This document shows positions 58,445-64,000 of a stretch of DNA of 64,000 bases, piece after piece; position 1 is the first letter of the stretch; every line of letters begins with the position of its first letter. A program made the position numbers and the translations under genes. Source of the DNA: an uncultured Pseudomonadota bacterium (lineage in GTDB: Bacteria; Myxococcota_A; UBA796; SXON01); the NCBI GenBank assembly GCA_903875225.1, contig CAIQVJ010000007.1, positions 3,802 to 67,801 on the forward strand. The letters are read 5' to 3'. The notes under the pieces are model-generated. The model was not told where the DNA came from. It did not search any database and saw nothing but the letters and a program-made list of their open reading frames with translations.

Positions 58445-60526
58445 ATGGTCGCGCTCCTCGCCTTGATCGCCTGCAGCGCCGGAACCGGCAAGCCGGGCCC
58501 GGACGCGCGTGACTCCGGCTGCGCCTCGACGCTGTACGCCGATCTCGACGGCGATGGCTACGGGGATCCCGACGCCGCTCGCCCGGGCTGCGAGGACTCC
58601 GTCGTGGCGAACGCCGATGACTGCGACGACGCGAACGCGGGCATCCACCCCGGTGCCGACGAGCTCTGCGACGGTCTCGACGACAACTGTGACGGCCTCG
58701 TGGACGACAACGACCCCGCGGTCGTCGGCCAGACGTCCTGGTACCCCGACGCCGACGGCGACACCTGGGGCGACTCCGACGCCGCCCCGCGGATCTCCTG
58801 CTTCAACGCCGGCACGGACGTCGCCGACAGCTCCGACTGCAACGATGCGGATGCAAGCGTGAACGCGGACGCCGACGAGGTCTGCGACGGCCAGGACGAC
58901 GACTGTGACGACCTCGTCGACGACGCCGACCCGGACCTCGTCGGTGACGTCCGCTGGTACCCCGACGGCGACGGCGATGGCTACGGAGACGGAGACGCCG
59001 TCGCGGTGATCTCCTGCCTGCCCGTCGACGGATCCGTCGTCGACGACACGGATTGCGACGACCTGGACCCCGACGTGAACCCGGGCGAGGCAGAGGTCTG
59101 CAACAACGGCGTCGACGACGACTGCGACGGGGGCTGCGCAAGCTGCCTCGGGTCAGGCTCGCTTTCCGGTGCGGCCGCCGAGTACACGGGGATCGGTTCC
59201 GGCGACTACGCGGGTCAGGCTGTCGCGGGTGCCGGCGACGTGAACGGAGACGGCTACGACGACATGCTGATCGGCGCGATGAACGCCAACGGAGGCACGG
59301 GCCACGCAGCGGGAGCCGCCTACATCGTCCTCGGCGGCGCTGCGCCAACCTCCGGCTCCCTCTCGGGCGCCGGGGCAACCTACGATGGCGAGGGCACGGA
59401 GCAGGCCGGCTACTCGGTTGCCGGGGTCGGGGACGTCGATGGGGATGGCTACGACGACGTGCTCATCGGCGCGAACTACTACGGGGAGGACTCGTCCTAC
59501 GCCAGCGGCGCCAGCTACCTCGTGCTCGGCGGGCCCCACCCCACGTCGTCCGTACTCTCCGCGGCAGGCGTGGCCTACATCGGTCAAGAGAGGGATGCCT
59601 CCGCCGACGCCGTGGCCGGCGCGGGAGACGTGAACGGCGACGGCTTCGCCGACCTGCTGATCGGCGCGCCCGGAAACACCGACGGAGGGCAAGCCTCGGG
59701 CGCGGCCTACCTCGTGCTGGGCGGCCCATCCCCGGCGGGCGGCTCACTCTCCGCCGCGGATGCCGAGTACACGGGACAGGCGTGGCCCGTCCAGGATGAG
59801 GTGGGCGCCGCGGTGGCGGGAGCGGGAGACGTCAACGGAGACGGGCTGGATGACATGCTCATCGGGGCCGCCACGAACAGCGAGGGCGGCGACTTTTCCG
59901 GGGCGGCGTACCTGGTCCTTGGGACAAGGACCCCAAAGGGGACCTCGCTCACCGGCGTCGATGCCGAGTATGTCGGCGAGGCTGCGAGAGACGAAGCTGG
60001 GAGCTCCGTCGCGGGGTCCGGGGACGTCAACGCAGACGGCTACGCGGACTTCCTCATCGGCGCTCCTGGCAACAGCGACGGCTCGCTGGAGGGGGGCGCT
60101 GTCTACCTGCTCCTCGGCGGGCCCGCGCCGGCGTCGGCGTCGCTCTCCTCCGCGGACGCCGAGTACACGGGCAGGGCCGGTGACGATGCGGGCGCGGGCA
60201 CGTCGGTCTCGGGCGCCGGGGACGTCGATGGAGACGGTCACGACGACGTCCTCATCGGTGCCTGTGAGGACAACGAGGCCGGGTTCGACGCTGGGGCTGC
60301 CTACCTCGTGCTCGGCAGCACCACCCCCGCTGGGGAGTCGCTCTCGGTCGCGGATGCCACGTACCTGGGAGCGGCCCCCGCCGACCATGCGGGTTGGTCG
60401 GTCTCGGGCGCGGGGGACGTCGACGCGGACGGGCACGACGACATGCTCATCGGCGCCTACCCCAGCAGCGACGGGGGCAGCCCGGGGTCCGGCGCGGTGT
60501 TCCTGATCCTGGGGGCCGGTCCCTGA
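58445..60526 (+). CDS. Lipoprotein with 3 MopE-like repeats and an FG-GAP propeller
   Basis: MVALLALIAC, DCDD..IHPGA.ELCDGLDDNCDG, about 7 x AGDV(N/D)GDG.DD.LIGA...GAAYLVLG. Confidence 0.9.
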   Translation: MVALLALIACSAGTGKPGPDARDSGCASTLYADLDGDGYGDPDAARPGCEDSVVANADDCDDANAGIHPGADELCDGLDDNCDGLVDDNDPAVVGQTSWYPDADGDTWGDSDAAPRISCFNAGTDVADSSDCNDADASVNADADEVCDGQDDDCDDLVDDADPDLVGDVRWYPDGDGDGYGDGDAVAVISCLPVDGSVVDDTDCDDLDPDVNPGEAEVCNNGVDDDCDGGCASCLGSGSLSGAAAEYTGIGSGDYAGQAVAGAGDVNGDGYDDMLIGAMNANGGTGHAAGAAYIVLGGAAPTSGSLSGAGATYDGEGTEQAGYSVAGVGDVDGDGYDDVLIGANYYGEDSSYASGASYLVLGGPHPTSSVLSAAGVAYIGQERDASADAVAGAGDVNGDGFADLLIGAPGNTDGGQASGAAYLVLGGPSPAGGSLSAADAEYTGQAWPVQDEVGAAVAGAGDVNGDGLDDMLIGAATNSEGGDFSGAAYLVLGTRTPKGTSLTGVDAEYVGEAARDEAGSSVAGSGDVNADGYADFLIGAPGNSDGSLEGGAVYLLLGGPAPASASLSSADAEYTGRAGDDAGAGTSVSGAGDVDGDGHDDVLIGACEDNEAGFDAGAAYLVLGSTTPAGESLSVADATYLGAAPADHAGWSVSGAGDVDADGHDDMLIGAYPSSDGGSPGSGAVFLILGAGP

Positions 60527-60647
60527 GGTGAACGGGCACCGCGGCCACTTCGGGAGCAGGCGGTGGTCTACGGGTCGAACGGCAGCGGGTCGGGCTCGCC
60601 ACGGTCCGTACAAAGCTCGCCGCACACCTGGTGGTCCGTCTCCGAAC

Positions 60648-61298
60648 TCAGGGCGTGGTCGGCGACTCGAATTGGAGCATGTACCGGGCCCAGCTGGACG
60701 TCTCGGTGGACCCCTGCCATCCCACGCTGCCGGTGACGAGCGTGCCGCCATCCACGATGTCAGCCTGCGCGAACGCCTCCTCGATCCCACGCTCCTCCAC
60801 GGTCGGCAAGCCGCTCGCGTCTGCGGGGGCGACAGACGAGTCCAGGGACACGAAGTCGAGGAGACTTCCATCGTTCGCGGACACCGTGCCCGCCTCGGAG
60901 TAGTCGATGGCCCCGTCGTCGCTGCTCACGGACAGGGTGATCGGCACGCTCAGGGTGTTGCGGCAGATGATCGCCATGTCGTACGACGTCTCGCCCCACA
61001 GCATGCCGTTGGGGACCCGGGTCGTGACGATCTCCGTCTCGGTGAAGGTGGCCTCCCCGTCGCCGCGCACGCCGTCCAGCGTTGCGGTCACCGCGGTGCC
61101 ATCCTCGAGGGTGCCCGGGACCGTGCGCAGACCCGCCCCGACGGAGAGCAGGTCCGCCGCAGAGAACCCGAGCGCGGAGACCTCGTCGTCGCCGAGGTTC
61201 GTGGTGGAGGTCGTCTGGCAGTCCTTGGAGAGGGTGACGCCGCAACCGGGGAGCAGGAGGAGCACCAGGGGCGGGAGGACGAGGGCGGGAGCGCGCAT
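60648..61298 (-). CDS. Hypothetical lipoprotein
   Basis: Hydrophobic leader ending LLPGC. Acidic, Thr-rich body. Confidence 0.65.
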   Translation of the reverse strand: MRAPALVLPPLVLLLLPGCGVTLSKDCQTTSTTNLGDDEVSALGFSAADLLSVGAGLRTVPGTLEDGTAVTATLDGVRGDGEATFTETEIVTTRVPNGMLWGETSYDMAIICRNTLSVPITLSVSSDDGAIDYSEAGTVSANDGSLLDFVSLDSSVAPADASGLPTVEERGIEEAFAQADIVDGGTLVTGSVGWQGSTETSSWARYMLQFESPTTP

Positions 61299-61396
61299 GG
61301 TGGCTTGATCCTTCTGAGAACCTTAGCACAGAGCGTTCCAGGGCCCCGCGTGGCTCTTCGTGACCCGCGGCGCCAGCAGACGAGCGGGCGCCCGGC

Positions 61397-62647
61397 TCAG
61401 TCGCCAGTCCCCGCCACCTCCGCCATCGCCCCGTCCACCAGCCGGAAGAACGCCCGGAGCGCCTCCTCGAGGTGCGGCTCGGGCGTGTCCTCCTCCTTGC
61501 AGTGCGAGAGCCCGCGCGCCGAGGACGCGAACATCATCACCGTGGGGACGATGCGCGCCATCTCCGATGCGTCGTGCAGGGGACCGGAGGGAAGGGTGGG
61601 CGCGTGGCCGGTCTCCGCCAGCACGGCCGCCTCGCAGAGCGCGAGCAGCCGGGGGTCGAAGGGGCGCGGGTCGATGCGCAACAGCGGGGTCCACTCGACG
61701 GTGACGTCGTTCCTACGGGCAGCAGATGCAACGGCCTCCCTCGCCTCCTGGTGGATCCTCGCGAGCACGCCCGCGTCCAGCGCGCGCTGGTCGAGCGAGA
61801 TCTCGCAGACCCCGGGCACGGCGGTGACGATCCGCGGCTCGACCTCGACCACGCCGACCGTGCAGACGACCCCGCCACCCGGCCGGGAGTGCGCCACAGC
61901 GATGTCGCGGAACCGCAGGGCGGCCTCGGCCGCCGCGAGGAAGGCGTCGCGGCGCATCGGGATCGGCGTCGACCCGGAGTGTGCCGCCTGCCCGCAGAAG
62001 CGGATCCGGTGACGCTCGACGCCGACCGTCCCGAGCACCACCGCTGTGGATCGACCGAGCGACTCCAGGACGGGTCCCTGTTCGATGTGGAGCTCGAGGT
62101 AGGCCCGGGGCGCGAGGGCAACGAGCCGCGCGTGCGCGTCGAGCACCCGCTCCAGCTCCACGCCGTTCTCGCGCAGCGCATCCACGAGCGCCGTTCCCTG
62201 CCGATCACGCAGCGTCCGAACGTCGGCGAGATCGAGCGTCCCGCACGCCGCCGCCGAGCCGAAGAGGCTGCGACCGAAGCGCGCACCCTCCTCGTCCGCC
62301 CAGTCCACGGCCACCAGGGTCGCCGCCGGGCGCGAAGCCGCATGGTCCCGGAGCAGCTCCAGCGCCGTCACGACGCCGAGGCAGCCGTCGAGCCAGCCGC
62401 CGTTCGGGACCGAGTCGATGTGGCTCCCCACGACCACCACGCGGTCCGAGGCCCCCGGGAGCGTCACCCAGCGGTTGCCGGCGGCGTCGGTCTCCACGTC
62501 GAGCCCGAGCTTCCCGACCTCTTCGGCGAACCACGCCCGCGCTGCGCGCCAGGTGGGACCCCACGCGACGCGCTGTGCGCCGTCCCTGGTGGAGGTCCGC
62601 TGTGCCAGCTCCCGAAGATCCGCGATCACCCGCCTTGCGTCAGCCAC
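61397..62647 (-). CDS. M20-family Zn amidohydrolase (N-carbamoyl-amino-acid / allantoate amidohydrolase type)
   Basis: GSHIDSVPNGGWLDG, DEEGARF, ELHIEQGPVL, G.AAHSG.TP..MRRDA, SGPLHDA, GLSH..EE. Confidence 0.92.
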   Translation of the reverse strand: MADARRVIADLRELAQRTSTRDGAQRVAWGPTWRAARAWFAEEVGKLGLDVETDAAGNRWVTLPGASDRVVVVGSHIDSVPNGGWLDGCLGVVTALELLRDHAASRPAATLVAVDWADEEGARFGRSLFGSAAACGTLDLADVRTLRDRQGTALVDALRENGVELERVLDAHARLVALAPRAYLELHIEQGPVLESLGRSTAVVLGTVGVERHRIRFCGQAAHSGSTPIPMRRDAFLAAAEAALRFRDIAVAHSRPGGGVVCTVGVVEVEPRIVTAVPGVCEISLDQRALDAGVLARIHQEAREAVASAARRNDVTVEWTPLLRIDPRPFDPRLLALCEAAVLAETGHAPTLPSGPLHDASEMARIVPTVMMFASSARGLSHCKEEDTPEPHLEEALRAFFRLVDGAMAEVAGTGD

Positions 62648-62739
62648 AACTCACCTCGCCGATGGAGGGGCTCCTAACGCCCGGCCGGCGCGACGGGTGA
62701 CCAGCCGCGATAAGCGCCCCACCTCCCCGAGCCGCCGCC

Positions 62740-64000
62740 ATGCCCACCCCGCTCATCGAGTGCGTCCCGAACATCAGCGAGGGGCGCGACCCCGCCATCA
62801 TCAAGCAGATCGTCGACCAGATCGGCACCGTCGACGGCGTCTGGCTGCTCGACGTGGACGCCGGCAAGGCGACCAACCGCACCGTGATCACCTTCGTCGG
62901 GCCGCCCGAGGCCGTGATCGAGGCCGCCGTGCGGCTCGCGAGGAAGGCTGCCGAGCTCATCGACATGCGCCGCCACACGGGTGAGCACCCGCGCTTCGGC
63001 GCGCTGGACGTCTGCCCGCTCGTCCCGGTCTCCGACATCACGATGGAAGAGACCGTCGAGTGGGCGCGAAAGCTCGGAGCGCGGCTCGCGGACGAGGCTG
63101 GCCTCACCGTCTACTGCTACGAGCGCGCGGCGCTCACCGAGGCCCGTCGCAACCTCGCCGACGTCCGCGAGGGCGAGTACGAGGGCCTCGCAGCCCGGCT
63201 GGCGCGCCCCGAACGGCAGCCCGACTTCGGCCCAGCGACGTTCAACCCAAGGAGCGGGGCGACGGCCGTGGGCGCCCGCGACTTCCTCGTCGCCTACAAC
63301 GTGAACCTCAACACGACCTCCACGCGCCGGGCGAACGCGGTCGCCTTCGACATCCGGGAGAAAGGCCGGGAGCTGCGCGACCCGGTCACCTACAAGATCC
63401 TCCCCGGCCCGGACGGCCAGCCCGTCTGGGTTCCCGGCTCGCTCAAGGCGGTCAAGGCCATCGGTTGGTTCATCGAGGAGTTCGGCGTCGCCCAGGTGTC
63501 CATCAACCTCACGGACATCTCGGTAACCCCGTTGCACGCAGTGTTTGACGAGTGTGTCGAAAAGGCGGGAGCGCGCGGCGTGCGGGTGACCGGCTCCGAG
63601 CTGGTGGGGCTCGTCCCGCTGCGCTCCATGCTGGACGCAGGCCGATACTTCCTGCGGAAGCAGCAGCGCTCCACGGGCGTCGCGGACTCCGAGCTCATCA
63701 AGATCGCCGTGAAGTCCCTCGGGCTCAACGATCTCTACCCCTTCAAGCCCGAGGAGAAGATCGTCGAGTATGCCCTGGCGGCCCGCCGAGGGAAGGCGAA
63801 GCGGCTCGTGGACCTGTCTCTCGAGCGGTTCGTGGAGGAGACGGCGTCCGAGTCACCCGCGCCCGGCGGGGGGTCGATCGCCGCCGCGATGGGCGCCATG
63901 GGGGCGAGCCTCGCGACGATGGTCGCGAACCTGTCGTCGCACAAGCGGGGATGGGACGCGCGGTGGGAGGAGTTCTCCAGTTGGGCCGAGCGGGGCAAGG
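62740..64000 (+). CDS. ftcD: Glutamate formimidoyltransferase - cyclodeaminase fusion (3' truncated by window edge)
   Basis: IECVPNISEGRD, NRTVITFVG, IDMRRHTGEHPRFGALDVCP, GARDFLVAYN, GSELVGL, then cyclodeaminase SPAPGGGS. Absent from the ORF track because it has no stop in the window. Confidence 0.93.
   Translation, partial: MPTPLIECVPNISEGRDPAIIKQIVDQIGTVDGVWLLDVDAGKATNRTVITFVGPPEAVIEAAVRLARKAAELIDMRRHTGEHPRFGALDVCPLVPVSDITMEETVEWARKLGARLADEAGLTVYCYERAALTEARRNLADVREGEYEGLAARLARPERQPDFGPATFNPRSGATAVGARDFLVAYNVNLNTTSTRRANAVAFDIREKGRELRDPVTYKILPGPDGQPVWVPGSLKAVKAIGWFIEEFGVAQVSINLTDISVTPLHAVFDECVEKAGARGVRVTGSELVGLVPLRSMLDAGRYFLRKQQRSTGVADSELIKIAVKSLGLNDLYPFKPEEKIVEYALAARRGKAKRLVDLSLERFVEETASESPAPGGGSIAAAMGAMGASLATMVANLSSHKRGWDARWEEFSSWAERGK

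Noticed and set aside
59215-60460. Repeated GGAGACGTCAACGG-like DNA motifs
   Set aside because: Explained by FG-GAP protein repeats.
1-64000. Mobile elements, prophage, tRNA/rRNA or anti-phage defence systems
   Set aside because: No transposase, integrase, phage structural, RNA-gene or defence-nuclease signatures were recognised by eye.

Overview
A very GC-rich (about 70% by eye), gene-dense chromosomal window. MopE-like Asp/Cys repeats, FG-GAP proteins, MYXO-CTERM-like tails and a type III PKS/ACP/FAAL cassette suggest a Myxococcota-like or deltaproteobacterial host (inference). Contents in order: a partial pirin; an NhaR-type LysR regulator divergent from a TerC/Alx gene; a complete his operon with two fusions (HisC-HAD phosphatase, and HisA-HisI-HisE whose I/E part resembles fungal HIS4, followed by hisD); a class II UvrA; many large secreted proteins and lipoproteins; an ISC operon (iscS-iscU-iscA-hscB) headed by a Cys-rich MerR-family regulator with a palindromic operator in place of IscR; a DapF with both catalytic Cys replaced by Ser; patatin; a sulfatase-like protein; PhoD; a type III PKS cluster converging on a polyprenyl synthase; an M20 amidohydrolase; and a partial ftcD. 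Signals not explained by the gene calls: a recurrent TANNNT-N5-8-start layout (leaderless-type genes), a 9-codon leaderless uORF coupled to a glycosyltransferase, very short lipoprotein signal peptides followed by D-[ST]-[GA] acidic linkers, and an exact 41-bp copy of pirin sequence just after the his operon. I saw no tRNA, rRNA, CRISPR array or transposase. All family calls come from motif recognition by eye; no database search was run.
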